A stretch of DNA of 64,000 nt, taken from assembly GCA_003559415.1 (NCBI GenBank), contig PWLI01000011.1, positions 3,618 through 67,617 of the forward strand. The letters run 5' to 3'. Positions within the stretch are counted from its first letter, which is position 1. Each line of letters begins with the position of its first letter. Position numbers and translations under genes: made by a program. This DNA is from Clostridiales bacterium (GTDB lineage Bacteria > Bacillota > Proteinivoracia > UBA4975 > PWLI01). Shown one piece after another: positions 48,956 through 61,721 of the stretch. The notes under the pieces were generated by a model. It ran no database searches. It was not told the DNA's origin and saw only the letters and a program-made list of their open reading frames with translations.

Positions 48956-50513
48956 TCAGGCAGTGATCAACCGCTGCCGCCAGGCCGCCGGTCACATCGC
49001 GGGCGATGTTGACCAATTTATCCGGCAAAGAACGACGGTATCTTTGGAACGTGCGGTGTTGAGGCTTATGGGCATAAACGATGCCATGGATGACGTTCCG
49101 GTGGCCAACCTTTTTGTTGAGACCATCCAGGCCGGGCAGGGCCTGGGCAGGGGGGCGGCCTATTGGTTGGCCAATGGCTGTTACCAGCTAAAACTCACTG
49201 CTGACGAAGTGGCCCAAAGAGTTGTATCGGGACAACTGGATTTGTTTCAATTGCCCCAGGCTGACCGGGCCACCCTCAATCCAACGCTGGAAAAGCTGAT
49301 GCAGCCCACAATTGAAAAAATTAAAGATCAACACCGGTTCAGAAAAGACAAACTGTCAAATCTTGGCATGGGCCCTGAGCCCTTGCTGTACGTGATTGTC
49401 GCCACCGGCGATATCTACCAGGATGTGGACCAGGCAGTGGCGGCAGTGGCCCAGGGGGCCGACATCGTGGCTGTTATCCGGACAACGGGGCAGAGCCTGT
49501 TGGACTATGTGCCCCATGGCTCCACGCGGGAAGGTTTTGGCGGTACATACGCTACCCAGGAAAACTTTCGCATCATGAGGGAAGCGCTGGATGAGGCAGG
49601 GGACAAAGCCGGCCGCTATGTGATGCTGGTCAATTACAGCTCCGGCTTGTGCATGCCGGAAATAGCTGTCCTGGGCGCCTTGGAGCGGCTGGATATGATG
49701 TTGAACGATGCCCTGTACGGAATTCTTTTCCGGGACATAAATATGCAGCGCACCTTGATTGACCAACATTTCTCCCGGCAGATAATCGGATTTGCCGGAG
49801 CGATAATCAACACCGGTGAAGACAACTACCTGACAACTGCCGATGCTGTGGAAGAAGCCCATACCGTGACGGCTTCCCAGTTCATAAATGAACAACTGGC
49901 GCTGTTGGCAGGCCTGGAAGACAGGCAAATCGGTTTGGGCCACGCCTTTGAGATAGACCCGTCCATGACTGACGGCTTGTTGTTGGAAATTGCCCAGGCA
50001 CAAATGGCCCGTCAGCTTTTCCCCCGGGCACCGTTGAAATACATGCCGCCTACAAAGCACATGACTGGTGATATTTTCCAGGGACATTTGCAAAACGGCC
50101 TGTTCAACCTGACATCGGTGCTCACCGGACAGGGAGTGCACCTGTTGGGCATGGTGACCGAGGCAATCCACACACCCTATGTTCAGGACCGCTTGCTGGC
50201 ATTGCAAAATGCCCGTTATGTCATGAACAACGCCCGCAACCTGGGAGAGGAATTGTCCATACGGGATGACGGCAAAATTTCCGCCCGGGCCCGAGACGTG
50301 CTGGAGAAGGCCGCCCAGATGCTGGAAACAGTTGCTGAAATAGGTTTGTTTGCAGCCCTGGAGAGGGGCATGTTTGCAGACATTGAGCGTTCCCGTGACG
50401 GGGGCAAGGGTTTGGATGGTGTGGTGATGAAGGATGTTGATTACTGCAATCCTTTCCAGGAGCTATTGACACAACAGGCTGGAAGTTCAGGAGGTGGCAA
50501 TGATGAGAAGTAA
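48939..50513 (+). CDS. kamD: Lysine 5,6-aminomutase alpha subunit (PLP/TIM-barrel subunit)
   Basis: MKLNLDQAVINRCRQAAGHIAGDV... About 520 aa. RBS CAGGAGGTGG. The ORF-track start at 48894 lies inside the previous gene. Confidence 0.85.
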   Translation: MKLNLDQAVINRCRQAAGHIAGDVDQFIRQRTTVSLERAVLRLMGINDAMDDVPVANLFVETIQAGQGLGRGAAYWLANGCYQLKLTADEVAQRVVSGQLDLFQLPQADRATLNPTLEKLMQPTIEKIKDQHRFRKDKLSNLGMGPEPLLYVIVATGDIYQDVDQAVAAVAQGADIVAVIRTTGQSLLDYVPHGSTREGFGGTYATQENFRIMREALDEAGDKAGRYVMLVNYSSGLCMPEIAVLGALERLDMMLNDALYGILFRDINMQRTLIDQHFSRQIIGFAGAIINTGEDNYLTTADAVEEAHTVTASQFINEQLALLAGLEDRQIGLGHAFEIDPSMTDGLLLEIAQAQMARQLFPRAPLKYMPPTKHMTGDIFQGHLQNGLFNLTSVLTGQGVHLLGMVTEAIHTPYVQDRLLALQNARYVMNNARNLGEELSIRDDGKISARARDVLEKAAQMLETVAEIGLFAALERGMFADIERSRDGGKGLDGVVMKDVDYCNPFQELLTQQAGSSGGGNDEK

Positions 50514-51243
50514 TTTTGTCAAGGCATACGGCGACGCCCTCAATGATGGAGCTGTCCAGCTGTCTTTTACCCTGCCGTTGTCACCGGGCGGGATGGCCAA
50601 AGAAGCGGCCCGGCACCTGGCAGAGAAAATGGGCTTGGACCAACCGGAAGTGGTACACATGGTCGAGGCCGGCACCGGATTCAGCTTCTTCATCGTTTAC
50701 GGCTTCTGTCGCCACCAGGTAGACACCAGTCAACTTCAGGCGACAGAGGTTGAGATCCAGGAAATGAGCTTCAATGAAATAAACCAGTATATACAGGAAA
50801 GAATAGGTCGCAGGCTAAATGTGGTGGCAGCATGCACCGGCACGGATGCTCACACCGTGGGCATTGATGCGATTATGAACATGAAGGGCTACAAGGGCGA
50901 GTACGGCCTGGAGCGCTACTCCTGGATCAACGCCTGGAACATGGGCAGCCAGGTGCCCAATACCCGGCTGGTTGCTGAAGCAAAAAAAACACAGGCCGAT
51001 GCCCTGTTGGTTTCCCAGGTGGTAACCCAACGGGATGTGCACATATCCAACCTGTCCCAGCTCACCGAGTTGTTGGAGGCGGAAGGTATGCGTCAGAATG
51101 TGTTGCTGATTGTTGGCGGGCCGCGGATCAGCCACCAGCTGGCTCTGGAATTGGGATATGATGCAGGCTTTGGGCCGGGGACAACCCCTCGTCAGGTGGC
51201 CAGCTATATAGCCCGGGAGATATATCGCCGACAACAGGGATGA
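50500..51243 (+). CDS. kamE: Lysine 5,6-aminomutase beta subunit (B12-binding)
   Basis: Cobalamin DxHxxG motif in GTDAHTVGIDAIM within a Rossmann B12-binding domain. The PLP-Lys region lies N-terminal. Confidence 0.85.
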   Translation: MMRSNFVKAYGDALNDGAVQLSFTLPLSPGGMAKEAARHLAEKMGLDQPEVVHMVEAGTGFSFFIVYGFCRHQVDTSQLQATEVEIQEMSFNEINQYIQERIGRRLNVVAACTGTDAHTVGIDAIMNMKGYKGEYGLERYSWINAWNMGSQVPNTRLVAEAKKTQADALLVSQVVTQRDVHISNLSQLTELLEAEGMRQNVLLIVGGPRISHQLALELGYDAGFGPGTTPRQVASYIAREIYRRQQG

Positions 51244-51306
51244 TGAGAATAACCTTTGCCTGCAGAAGGCAAAAAGAGTAGAATAGCAATAAGGGGGGTA
51301 TGCTGA

Positions 51307-52917
<1,611 letters not shown>

Positions 52918-52918
52918 G

Positions 52919-53305
52919 ATGGAAGAGAAAGTGGTGTTGAGGCTGCGCATCAGCGCTGCTGACGTGCATTATGGAAGCGGGCTGGTGGCTGGAGCAAAAA
53001 TCGCCAGCTTGTTTGGCGATGCTGCAACAGCCTTGCTGATAAAACACGATGGCGATGAGGGACTTTTTGTCGCCTACCAGTCCCTGGAGTTCAAGGCGCC
53101 TGTCTATGCCGGGGACTTTTTGGAAGTCCAGGCATCGATAGAGAAAACCGGCAACAGTTCCCGAACCATTTCCTTTGAAGCCTGGAAAATTATAGCGGCC
53201 AATCCACAAAAGGGCCCTTCAGCGGCAGACTGGCTTGATGAGCGCCAGCTTGTGGCAACAGCCCGGGGCACATGTGTGGTACCCAAGGAGAGGCAAAGGA
53301 GGTAA
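52919..53305 (+). CDS. kal: 3-aminobutyryl-CoA ammonia-lyase (hot-dog fold)
   Basis: 128 aa. Size, hot-dog-like sequence and adjacency to kce match Kal of the lysine fermentation pathway. Confidence 0.7.
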   Translation: MEEKVVLRLRISAADVHYGSGLVAGAKIASLFGDAATALLIKHDGDEGLFVAYQSLEFKAPVYAGDFLEVQASIEKTGNSSRTISFEAWKIIAANPQKGPSAADWLDERQLVATARGTCVVPKERQRR

Positions 53306-53307
53306 GC

Positions 53308-54126
53308 ATGGAAAAGTTAATAATAACGGCAGCCCTTACCGGAGCTGAACTCAGCCGCCAGGAAAATCCCAACTTGCCCATATCGCCGGAGGAAATCGCC
53401 GGGGAAGCAAAGCGGTGCTGGGATGCGGGAGCCAGTATTATTCACATTCATGCCCGCCAACCTGATGGAACCCCCACCCAGGACAAAGAGATATACCGGG
53501 AGATTATTCAGGCCATCCAGCAAAGAAGCGACGCCATTGTTCAGGTCTCCACCGGCGGTGCTGTTGGCATGAGCCCGGAAGAGAGGGTGCAACCGGTCAC
53601 CCTTGCCCCTGAGATGGCCACCCTGACCACCGGAAGCGTTAACTTCGGCCAGGGGGTTTTTCATAACCCCCCGGAGATGATCAGGCATTTTGCCCGGAAG
53701 ATGATAGATTGCGGGGTAAAGCCGGAAATAGAGGTTTTCGACAGCGGCATGATTGCCAACGCCCTGTCATTAGTCAAGGAAGGCTTGTTGTCTCATCCCC
53801 TGCACTTTGATTTTGTGTTGGGTGTGCCGGGCGGCATGCCGGGAACACCGGAAAACCTGATGTTTTTGCGCCACCTGCTGCCCCCCGATGCCACCTGGAC
53901 GATGGCGGGCATAGGCAGGGCAGAGCTGCCCCTGGCAGTGATGGCCCTGGTCCTTGGCGGCCATGTGCGTGTGGGGTTTGAAGACAACATCTATTACAGC
54001 AAAGGAGTGCTGGCCCAGAGCAATGCTCAACTGGTGGAGAGAGTTGTCCGTATTGCCGGTGAACTGAATCGTCCTGTTGCCACGCCCTCTGAGGCGCGGG
54101 AAATATTAAGCATGGGGAGGTCTTGA
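53308..54126 (+). CDS. kce: 3-keto-5-aminohexanoate cleavage enzyme (DUF849/BKACE)
   Basis: MEKLIITAALTGAELSRQENPNLPISPEEIAGEA...IIHIHAR is a TIM-barrel BKACE signature. RBS AGGAGG. Confidence 0.8.
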   Translation: MEKLIITAALTGAELSRQENPNLPISPEEIAGEAKRCWDAGASIIHIHARQPDGTPTQDKEIYREIIQAIQQRSDAIVQVSTGGAVGMSPEERVQPVTLAPEMATLTTGSVNFGQGVFHNPPEMIRHFARKMIDCGVKPEIEVFDSGMIANALSLVKEGLLSHPLHFDFVLGVPGGMPGTPENLMFLRHLLPPDATWTMAGIGRAELPLAVMALVLGGHVRVGFEDNIYYSKGVLAQSNAQLVERVVRIAGELNRPVATPSEAREILSMGRS

Positions 54127-54986
54127 CAATGGCATTGGTTTCTCTGTCGGAAATGTTGGCAGATGCGAAAAAACACGGATATGCTGTGGGAGCTTTTAAC
54201 ACAAACAATATGGAAATTGTGCAGGCCATTGTGGCTGCTGCAGAGGAGATGGAAGCACCGGTCATCCTTCAGGCAAGCCAGGGCGCCATCAAGTACGCAG
54301 GCCTGGAGTACATAGTGGCCATGGTGAAGGCAGCGGCCAGCCAGGTGTCGGTGCCGGTGGCAATGCACCTGGACCACGGTACCAGCTTTGAACAGGTGGT
54401 GGGATGCATCCGGTCAGGCTTTTCATCGGTAATGTACGATGGCTCAAAGCATCCCTTTGACATCAATGTGGCCAACACCCAAGAGGTTGTCCGGGTGGCC
54501 CATGCAGTGGGGGTAACTGTGGAAGGTGAACTTGGCAAAATCGGAGGCACAGAAGATGACATCCATGTGGATGAAGCTGCTGCCATGATGACTGTTCCGG
54601 AAGAAGCGGTTGAATTTGTCCGGGACAGCGGTGTGGATGCCCTGGCAATTGCCATCGGCACCGCCCATGGGCCCTACAAGGGGGAGCCGTGCCTGGATTT
54701 TGACAGGCTGGAAAAAATCGGCAAAATGGTAGAAATACCCCTGGTGCTCCATGGGGCATCGGGAGTTCCCGATGATGCCATAACCCGTTGCATTAAGTTG
54801 GGGATAAGCAAAATAAACATCGACACAGATTTGCGCCAATCTTTTACTGCCGCCATACGGGATGTTCTGGCCGAAAGGCCGGGAGAGATTGACCCCCGCA
54901 AATATATCGGCGCTGGCAGAGAACGGCTGAAAGAGGTAGTGAAGACAAAAATTTCCCTCTTTGGAACTGCCGGGAAGGTCCGATAG
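54123..54986 (+). CDS. fba: Class II fructose-1,6-bisphosphate aldolase
   Basis: ...PVILQASQGAIKYAG...HLDHGTS...LHGASG... Confidence 0.9.
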   Translation: MTMALVSLSEMLADAKKHGYAVGAFNTNNMEIVQAIVAAAEEMEAPVILQASQGAIKYAGLEYIVAMVKAAASQVSVPVAMHLDHGTSFEQVVGCIRSGFSSVMYDGSKHPFDINVANTQEVVRVAHAVGVTVEGELGKIGGTEDDIHVDEAAAMMTVPEEAVEFVRDSGVDALAIAIGTAHGPYKGEPCLDFDRLEKIGKMVEIPLVLHGASGVPDDAITRCIKLGISKINIDTDLRQSFTAAIRDVLAERPGEIDPRKYIGAGRERLKEVVKTKISLFGTAGKVR

Positions 54987-54988
54987 CC

Positions 54989-55633
54989 ATGAAATTTTTT
55001 CTGGATTCAGCCAATGTTGAAGAGATCACCCGGGTCATGTCCTGGGGAGTTGTGGCGGGAGTGACCACCAACCCGTCACTGGTGGCCCGGGAGGGCAAGG
55101 AATTTATGCCCCTGCTGAAACAGATCTGCAGCATTGTTCCCGGCCCCGTCAGTGCAGAGGTGCTGAGTGAAGGGGCTGATGACATGGTTGCCGAAGCCCG
55201 GGAGCTGGCGGCGGTGGCGGACAATGTTGTTGTGAAAATTCCCCTGACAGCTGATGGGCTTGCTGCCACCAGGGAGCTATCTGCCCAGGGAATAAAGACC
55301 AACCTGACGCTGGCTTTCTCTCCTGTGCAGGCCATGCTGGCCGCCAGGTCGGGGGCAACCTATGCAAGCCTTTTTATCGGCCGCCTGGATGATGTGGGGG
55401 CATGCGGCCTGTCGGCCGTTGCTGAGACTGTCAGAAACTTTCAGGCATACGCCGTGGGAACAAGAGTTATTGCAGCCAGCATCCGCAATGTCGGGCATGT
55501 CGAAGGCGCAATGTCCGCAGGAGCTGATTATGCCACTGTTCCATTCCGGGTGCTCAGCGATTGCCTGCATCACCCCCTGACAGATCAGGGCATAGAAAAA
55601 TTCAAGGCTGACTGGGAAAAAGCAATGAAGTAA
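54989..55633 (+). CDS. tal: Transaldolase / fructose-6-phosphate aldolase (short TalC/FSA type)
   Basis: MKFFLDSANVEEI......GVTTNPSL.... 214 aa. Confidence 0.85.
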   Translation: MKFFLDSANVEEITRVMSWGVVAGVTTNPSLVAREGKEFMPLLKQICSIVPGPVSAEVLSEGADDMVAEARELAAVADNVVVKIPLTADGLAATRELSAQGIKTNLTLAFSPVQAMLAARSGATYASLFIGRLDDVGACGLSAVAETVRNFQAYAVGTRVIAASIRNVGHVEGAMSAGADYATVPFRVLSDCLHHPLTDQGIEKFKADWEKAMK

Positions 55634-55726
55634 AAACAGCCGGCTTGTGCCGGCTTTTTGCAGGACTTATTTTCCCCAAGGCAGAATTGACAAGGTAAAG
55701 GGAAATATTGAATGAGGAGGCGCCAC

Positions 55727-56683
55727 ATGGATAGAGAACTGGCACTGGAAATGGTCAGGGTCACTGAGGCAGCAGCGCTGGCTTCTGCCCGTTGGATGGG
55801 CAGGGGAGAAAAGGAAAAAGCTGACGGCGCGGCAGTGGATGCCATGCGGATGATGTTTGACACCGTTTCCGTCAGCGGCACAGTGGTTATCGGCGAGGGC
55901 GAAGTTGACGAAGCCCCCATGCTCTATATCGGGGAAAAGGTGGGCATGGGCGGCCTGGCTGTGGATGTAGCCGTTGATCCGGTGGAAGGCACCAACCTTG
56001 TAGCCAAGGGATTGCCCAATGCAATTGCCGTTGTCGCCATGGCGCCCCAGGGCTGCCTCCTGCATGCACCGGATATGTACATGGAAAAAATTGCCGTTGG
56101 CCCCAAGGCTGCAGGGCATGTACACCTTGATGCCAGTCCCGAGGAAAACCTCAACAACATTGCCAAGGCGTACAATATGCCGGTTCGCGACCTGGTTGTG
56201 GTGATTCTGGACCGGGAGCGCCATGCTGAAATTATCCGCAAGGTCAGGGAGGCAGGAGCCAGGGTCAAATTAATATCCGATGGCGATGTGGCCGGGGCGA
56301 TTTCAACAGCCATACCCGAGGCAGGAGTCCACATGTTGTTGGGTACAGGCGGTGCCCCGGAAGGAGTGTTGGCTGCTGTGGCGCTGAAAGCCATGGGCGG
56401 CGAAATCCAGGGCAGGCTTGCCCCCCGGGACAAACAACAGGAGCAAAGGATTGTCAGCATGGGCATGTCCGACCCGCGGAAGATACTGGCCATGGGCGAC
56501 TTGGTCTCCGGCGAGGACTGCTTCTTTTCCGCCACCGGCATTACCGACGGAGACTTGGTCAAAGGGGTTCGTTACAAGGGCAATATCGCAACCACGCATA
56601 CAATTGTCATGCGCGGCAAGACCGGCACCATCAGGCATGTTGAAGCCAGGCATGATTTGGATAAAAAGCCCTACAGGTTTTAG
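55727..56683 (+). CDS. glpX: Fructose-1,6-bisphosphatase class II (GlpX)
   Basis: [37 protein letters not shown]... RBS GAGGAGG upstream of the ATG at 55727. Confidence 0.9.
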   Translation: MDRELALEMVRVTEAAALASARWMGRGEKEKADGAAVDAMRMMFDTVSVSGTVVIGEGEVDEAPMLYIGEKVGMGGLAVDVAVDPVEGTNLVAKGLPNAIAVVAMAPQGCLLHAPDMYMEKIAVGPKAAGHVHLDASPEENLNNIAKAYNMPVRDLVVVILDRERHAEIIRKVREAGARVKLISDGDVAGAISTAIPEAGVHMLLGTGGAPEGVLAAVALKAMGGEIQGRLAPRDKQQEQRIVSMGMSDPRKILAMGDLVSGEDCFFSATGITDGDLVKGVRYKGNIATTHTIVMRGKTGTIRHVEARHDLDKKPYRF

Positions 56684-56714
56684 CAGCAATAAATCTTTGA
56701 ACTGACTACAGGGG

Positions 56715-57722
56715 GTGCTGCCGTTGCTGGAGCTGTGGGCCAGGTTCTTTTTGGCAGCTGGGGTGATAATCCTGGCTGCTTCCAGCCTTTCCCGCAATGC
56801 GGACATTGTTGCCGAAAAAACCGGCCTGGGCCGCGCCTGGGTGGGGGTATTGCTGTTGCCTCTTTTTACCTCTTTGCCGGAGATTGTTACCAGTGCCCAG
56901 GCTGCCCTGGTTAACAATCCGGACCTGGCTTTGGGCAATGTGTTGGGCAGCAACATGTTCAACCTGATGATTATTGCCGTCATTGACCTGGTACAGGGCA
57001 GCGGCCCAATTCTCCGCTATGTTCGTCCCGGGCACATCCTTACTGCCTCCATAGGCGTAATGCTGGCCGGCTTTACTGCCTTTGCCGTGCTGGCCGGAGG
57101 GTTTGGCACAATCCCCTTTTTGAAGATAGGCTATGGAAGCCTGGTAATAGTGTTGCTTTTCCTTGCCGGGCTGCGCTTGATTGTCCGCTATGAGCGGCGC
57201 CACCGGGATCCGGAACAGCTCCAACGACTTTATGCCGGCAAATCATTGCCCCTTGCCCTGACCCTGATGTTGGTCGCGGGGGTGTTGATTGTGTTCTCCG
57301 GGCGGGGTTTGGCCTTGGCCGCGGATGAGATTAGCCGGGTTACCGCGCTGGGCGGCACCTTTGTGGGAACTTTTATGATGGCCATCGCCACGTCGTTGCC
57401 GGAGTTGGTTGCCACCATAGCCGCCGTTCGCCTGGGGGCTTTGGATATGGCTGTTGGCAATATCCTGGGCGCCAATGTGATGAATATGATTATTATCGTT
57501 GCCGCCGATGGTTTTTACCGTCAGGGCAGCATTTTAGCCGGTGCTTCATCCACAGTGGCTGTTGCCGCAGTGCTGGCCATGATGCTCACTGCCATCGTGA
57601 TTATAGGGTTGATATACAAATCAAACAAAAGCTATCTTTTCCTGGGTTTGGATGCCTACAGCATAATTATACTTTACCTGGCGGGAGCATTTTTTCTCTA
57701 CCGGTTGGGGCTAAGCTTGTAA
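56715..57722 (+). CDS. Na+/Ca2+ exchanger (CaCA) family membrane protein (GTG start)
   Basis: Two alpha-repeat motifs (GNVLGSNMFNLMII and GNILGANVMNMIII) separated by a cytoplasmic loop. Confidence 0.8.
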   Translation: MLPLLELWARFFLAAGVIILAASSLSRNADIVAEKTGLGRAWVGVLLLPLFTSLPEIVTSAQAALVNNPDLALGNVLGSNMFNLMIIAVIDLVQGSGPILRYVRPGHILTASIGVMLAGFTAFAVLAGGFGTIPFLKIGYGSLVIVLLFLAGLRLIVRYERRHRDPEQLQRLYAGKSLPLALTLMLVAGVLIVFSGRGLALAADEISRVTALGGTFVGTFMMAIATSLPELVATIAAVRLGALDMAVGNILGANVMNMIIIVAADGFYRQGSILAGASSTVAVAAVLAMMLTAIVIIGLIYKSNKSYLFLGLDAYSIIILYLAGAFFLYRLGLSL

Positions 57723-57794
57723 TCGCTGTGGTTGACAAAAGCAGGTAACAGTTGCTTCCATAGAGAATAGATATAATAGAAAAAGCCGGAGGTA

Positions 57795-58376
57795 TTGCCG
57801 ATGCATTTAATGAAGGACATGGGCTGGATTGAAGTCATAACAGGCAGCATGTACAGTGGAAAAAGCGAAGAGCTGATCCGCCGCATAAAGCGGGCCCGGA
57901 TTGCCCGGATGAAGATTCAGGTTTTCAAGCCCCAGGTGGATGACCGGTACAGCAAAGCCAGTGTCAAGTCCCATGACGGGGATGAGGCTGAGGCGGTGGC
58001 AGTGCCCGATTCGGGAATTTTGCTCAGGGCGGTGGAAAAAGATACCCAAGTGGTTGCCATAGACGAGGTGCAGTTCTTTGACAACGGCTTGGTTGATGTT
58101 TGCCGCCGTTTGGCCGACCAGGGCAAGCGAGTTGTTGTCGCCGGCCTGGATATGGATTTTCGCGGCCAGCCCTTTGGCCCCACCCCAACTTTGATGGCGG
58201 TGGCGGAATTTGTGGACAAGCTGCAGGCCATATGCATACAATGCGGCAACCCCGCCAACCGGACCCAGCGCATGATAAACGGCAAGCCTGCCCTGGCCAG
58301 TGAGCCGACAATCCTGGTCGGTGCCGCCGAATCATACGAGGCCCGCTGCCGCAGCTGCCATGAGGTGCCCCGGTGA
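57795..58376 (+). CDS. tdk: Thymidine kinase
   Basis: P-loop [12 protein letters not shown], a [10 protein letters not shown] Walker B, and a C-terminal Zn ribbon CIQCG...CRSC. Confidence 0.9.
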   Translation: MPMHLMKDMGWIEVITGSMYSGKSEELIRRIKRARIARMKIQVFKPQVDDRYSKASVKSHDGDEAEAVAVPDSGILLRAVEKDTQVVAIDEVQFFDNGLVDVCRRLADQGKRVVVAGLDMDFRGQPFGPTPTLMAVAEFVDKLQAICIQCGNPANRTQRMINGKPALASEPTILVGAAESYEARCRSCHEVPR

Positions 58377-59266
58377 ACCATGTAGGCGGGCAAGCGGTGC
58401 TGGAAGGTGTGATGATGCGTTACAAGCACCGTCAGGCCCTGGCTGTCCGCGGGCCCGATGGAGAGATAGTGGTTGAAGTTAACCATGTTGCACCTTTGTC
58501 TGATCGGTGGCCATGGCTAAAGTTGCCGCTTTTGCGGGGCATCGCTGCCTTGGCCGAGGCGATGTCAGGGGCGGTGAAGACGCTGGGCCGCTCTGCCCAG
58601 ATTGTCAGCCCCGAGGAAGAGATAAGCGGGCGGGACTTGGCGCTGGCTGTGGCCCTGGCTGTGACCCTGGCCGTTGGCCTGTTTTTTATTCTGCCCGCCG
58701 TTGTGGTCACCCCCCTTTCCCGTTTGGGATGGTCCTCTGTGGCTGTTAGCCTGATTGAAGGCCTGGTGCGCATAACGGTGCTTGTCGGCTACTTGCTGCT
58801 GGTTCGGATCAACGCCGATATCCGACGGACCTTTGCCTATCACGGGGCGGAGCACAAGGCAATTTTCAGCTGGGAACAGGGTAAGGATGATGTGGATTCT
58901 GCCTTGCAGGCTTCCTGTTCCCACCCCCGGTGTGGGACAAGCTTTATACTGCTGGTTGTGGTGACCGGGATTTTTGTTTTTTCCTTCATTTCCCCGCCCA
59001 CACTGTTGTGGCGGGTGCTCAGCAGGGTTTTGCTCTTGCCGCTTTTGGCGGGGATTGCCTATGAGTTTATCCGCTGGACCGGGGCCAGCAACAGCCCTGT
59101 TGCCCGGTTGGCCATGGCGCCGGGAATGGCTTTGCAGCGTCTGACCACACTGGAGCCTGACCGTGGACAGGTGGAGGTGGCGCTGGCGGCCCTGCGGGCA
59201 GTTGTTGACCCTGACGGGGACAGGGGTTATAATGGGTCAGATTCTGACACAGCACAAGAGGTGTAA
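58373..59266 (+). CDS. DUF1385 (YqhQ-like) membrane protein (GTG start)
   Basis: ...[10 protein letters not shown]..., a conserved ...YHGAEHK... motif, 4-5 TM helices. Confidence 0.65.
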   Translation: MNHVGGQAVLEGVMMRYKHRQALAVRGPDGEIVVEVNHVAPLSDRWPWLKLPLLRGIAALAEAMSGAVKTLGRSAQIVSPEEEISGRDLALAVALAVTLAVGLFFILPAVVVTPLSRLGWSSVAVSLIEGLVRITVLVGYLLLVRINADIRRTFAYHGAEHKAIFSWEQGKDDVDSALQASCSHPRCGTSFILLVVVTGIFVFSFISPPTLLWRVLSRVLLLPLLAGIAYEFIRWTGASNSPVARLAMAPGMALQRLTTLEPDRGQVEVALAALRAVVDPDGDRGYNGSDSDTAQEV

Positions 59267-59269
59267 AAG

Positions 59270-60343
59270 ATGCTAGACAAATTAGAGGCGCTGGAGAAGA
59301 AATACCTTCGTCTGGAACAACAGCTTGCCGACCCCGAGCTGGTAAACAAGGACAACAAAAAATGGTTGGAAATGACCAAGGAACATGCCGCTTTGTCTGA
59401 AACAGTGGCTCTCTTTCGCCAGTACAAAGAATTGCAACAGTCGCTGTCAGAGGCGGAAGATATTATCGGTGAAAAGGCCGACGATGACTTGGTGGAGTTG
59501 GCCAAAGAAGAGCAACAGGCTCTGAAAGAGCAACTTGCAACGGTTGAAGAAAGCCTCAAGGCCGCCCTGATTCCCAAGGACCCCAATGATGAAAAAAACG
59601 TCATCATGGAAATCCGCGGGGGCACCGGCGGTGAAGAGGCGGCGCTGTTTGCAGCTGAAATCTTTAAGATGTACACCCGGTACGCTGAAGGCAAGGGTTG
59701 GAATACCGAAATGCTCAGCGCCAACTACACAGACATTGGCGGAGTGAAAGAGGCGGTCTTCGTCGTGGAAGGCCGGGGCGCCTACAGCCGCTTGAAATTT
59801 GAAAGCGGCGTTCACCGGGTGCAGCGCATACCCTCCACAGAATCCGGCGGCCGCATCCACACTTCTGCTGTGACGGTGGCAGTGTTGCCCGAGGCTGAGG
59901 AAGTAGAGGTTGACATAAACCCTGCTGATTTGCGCATAGACCTGTTTTGCTCCACCGGCCCGGGGGGGCAGAGCGTCAACACCACCCAGTCGGCTGTGCG
60001 CATTACCCACCAGCCCACGGGCATCGTTGTGTCCTGCCAGGATGAGAAATCCCAGCATAAAAACAAGGACAAGGCAATGCGGGTGTTGCGTGCCCGGTTG
60101 ATGGACAAAATTCAGGAAGAACAACATGCAGAAGAAGCGGCGGCCCGCAGAAGCCAGGTCGGTTCCGGCGACCGCAGCGAACGAATTCGCACCTATAATT
60201 TTCCCCAAAGCCGGGTTACCGACCACCGGATCAACCTCACCTTGCACCGGCTGCAAGAAATACTTGCCGGCAACCTGGAGGAGATAGTTGATGCCTTGAC
60301 CACTGCTGACCAGGTTGCCCGGGTGGAGCAGCTGGAAGAATGA
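59270..60343 (+). CDS. prfA: Peptide chain release factor 1
   Basis: PST tripeptide in [18 protein letters not shown] in [10 protein letters not shown]. Confidence 0.95.
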   Translation: MLDKLEALEKKYLRLEQQLADPELVNKDNKKWLEMTKEHAALSETVALFRQYKELQQSLSEAEDIIGEKADDDLVELAKEEQQALKEQLATVEESLKAALIPKDPNDEKNVIMEIRGGTGGEEAALFAAEIFKMYTRYAEGKGWNTEMLSANYTDIGGVKEAVFVVEGRGAYSRLKFESGVHRVQRIPSTESGGRIHTSAVTVAVLPEAEEVEVDINPADLRIDLFCSTGPGGQSVNTTQSAVRITHQPTGIVVSCQDEKSQHKNKDKAMRVLRARLMDKIQEEQHAEEAAARRSQVGSGDRSERIRTYNFPQSRVTDHRINLTLHRLQEILAGNLEEIVDALTTADQVARVEQLEE

Positions 60344-61200
60344 CCTCGATAGGCCAGGTGTTGCGATGGGCCAGCGACAAGTTGCACAAGGCCGGGGTTG
60401 CAGACCCTTACAGCGAGGCGCAGATTTTACTTTCCCATGTCCTAAAAGTCCCAAGGGTTAACCTGGTGCGAGACAGCGAAAAGATGCTTTCCCGGCTGCA
60501 ATTGCTTAAATATAGAAGAGCTGTGGTGCAGCGCCAAAAGCGTCGCCCCACAGCTTATATTCTGGGTCGCAAGCCCTTTATGCACTGGGAGTTTTATGTC
60601 ACTCCAGGTGTGCTGATTCCCCGTCCGGAAACAGAAACCATGGTGGAGCTGGCAGTGGAGGCGCTGCGAGGAAAGCCCCGGCCCCTGGTAGCGGACATCG
60701 GCACCGGCTCCGGAGTGGTGGGTCTTAGCATTGCCGCATTGGTTGCCCAGGCCCGGGTTCACGCGGTGGATATTTCCCGCCGGGCGCTGACGGTGGCCCG
60801 GCGCAATGCCCGCATGCTGGGCGTTTCATCAAGGGTGCATTTTCACCGGGGAGATTTGCTTGTCCCCCTGGAAAGATGGCGGGGAAAGTTTGACTGTATA
60901 GTGGCGAACCTTCCCTATTTGTCGGTTGAAGACTATGCAGCGCTGGCTCCCGAGCTTTACCACGAACCCCGCGGCGCCCTGGTGGCCGAGCCCGATGTTG
61001 CGTCACTCTACCGGCGCATGCTGTCTGCTGCTGTTGGCACCTTGCGCCCCGGAGGCCTGGTTGTTATGGAAATTGGCAGCGGCCACCATGAAATGGTGGA
61101 GTCCATCTGCAAGGAACAGGGGTTTGTTTCCATCGAAGTAATCAAAGACCTGGCCGGGCACAATCGCATAATTCGCTGCCTGTCCCCTGCCAAGCCCTGA
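60340..61200 (+). CDS. prmC: Release factor glutamine N5-methyltransferase PrmC/HemK
   Basis: [13 protein letters not shown] motif and NLPY substrate motif. Confidence 0.9.
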   Translation: MTSIGQVLRWASDKLHKAGVADPYSEAQILLSHVLKVPRVNLVRDSEKMLSRLQLLKYRRAVVQRQKRRPTAYILGRKPFMHWEFYVTPGVLIPRPETETMVELAVEALRGKPRPLVADIGTGSGVVGLSIAALVAQARVHAVDISRRALTVARRNARMLGVSSRVHFHRGDLLVPLERWRGKFDCIVANLPYLSVEDYAALAPELYHEPRGALVAEPDVASLYRRMLSAAVGTLRPGGLVVMEIGSGHHEMVESICKEQGFVSIEVIKDLAGHNRIIRCLSPAKP

Positions 61201-61212
61201 AGGGCTTTTTTG
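61192..61212 (+). terminator. Rho-independent terminator after prmC
   Basis: AAGCCC-tgaa-GGGCTT then TTTTTG. Confidence 0.55.
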
Positions 61213-61218
61213 TTGCGG

Positions 61219-61247
61219 TTGACAGCAAATGTTTTGGGCGTTATAAT
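61219..61247 (+). promoter_or_regulatory. Consensus sigma-A promoter of the rrf2-nifS-nifU operon
   Basis: TTGACA, a 17-nt spacer, then TATAAT. Confidence 0.55.
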
Positions 61248-61293
61248 ATCCTAGCAAAACACTATGGATTGTTTAGATATAGGAGGATGGGCA

Positions 61294-61716
61294 ATGCGTG
61301 TTTCCACCCGTGGAGAATATGGATTGCGAGCTGTGTTGGTGCTGGCTGGCCAAGACAGACAGCAGGCCATGCCGCTCAGGGAAATTGCGGCCCGGGAAAA
61401 TATCTCAGAGCAATACCTGGAGCATTTGTTCCGGGCGCTGCGCTTGTCAGGTTTGGTGGTCAGCCACAGGGGATCCCGGGGGGGCTATACCCTCTCCCGC
61501 CATCCTTCTGACATAACGGTGGGACAAGTGCTGCGCACACTGGAAGGGTCGTTGACGCCCATGGAGTGCGTAGACGGGAAACAAGTCTGTGCCCATGGCG
61601 ACCGTTGTGCCACCAGGCTGTTGTGGAAAAAACTCAAGGACGCCACGGACAGCGTTGTTGATTCAACAACACTGGCAGACCTGCTGTCCATGGCAGATGC
61701 CAACGACAAGGAGTGA
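61294..61716 (+). CDS. Rrf2-family transcriptional regulator (IscR/CymR-like)
   Basis: MRVSTRGEYGLRAVLVLA... wHTH. Three Cys, CVDGKQVCAHGDRC, are candidate Fe-S ligands. RBS AGGAGG upstream of the ATG at 61294. Confidence 0.8.
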   Translation: MRVSTRGEYGLRAVLVLAGQDRQQAMPLREIAARENISEQYLEHLFRALRLSGLVVSHRGSRGGYTLSRHPSDITVGQVLRTLEGSLTPMECVDGKQVCAHGDRCATRLLWKKLKDATDSVVDSTTLADLLSMADANDKE

Positions 61717-61721
61717 TTGCC

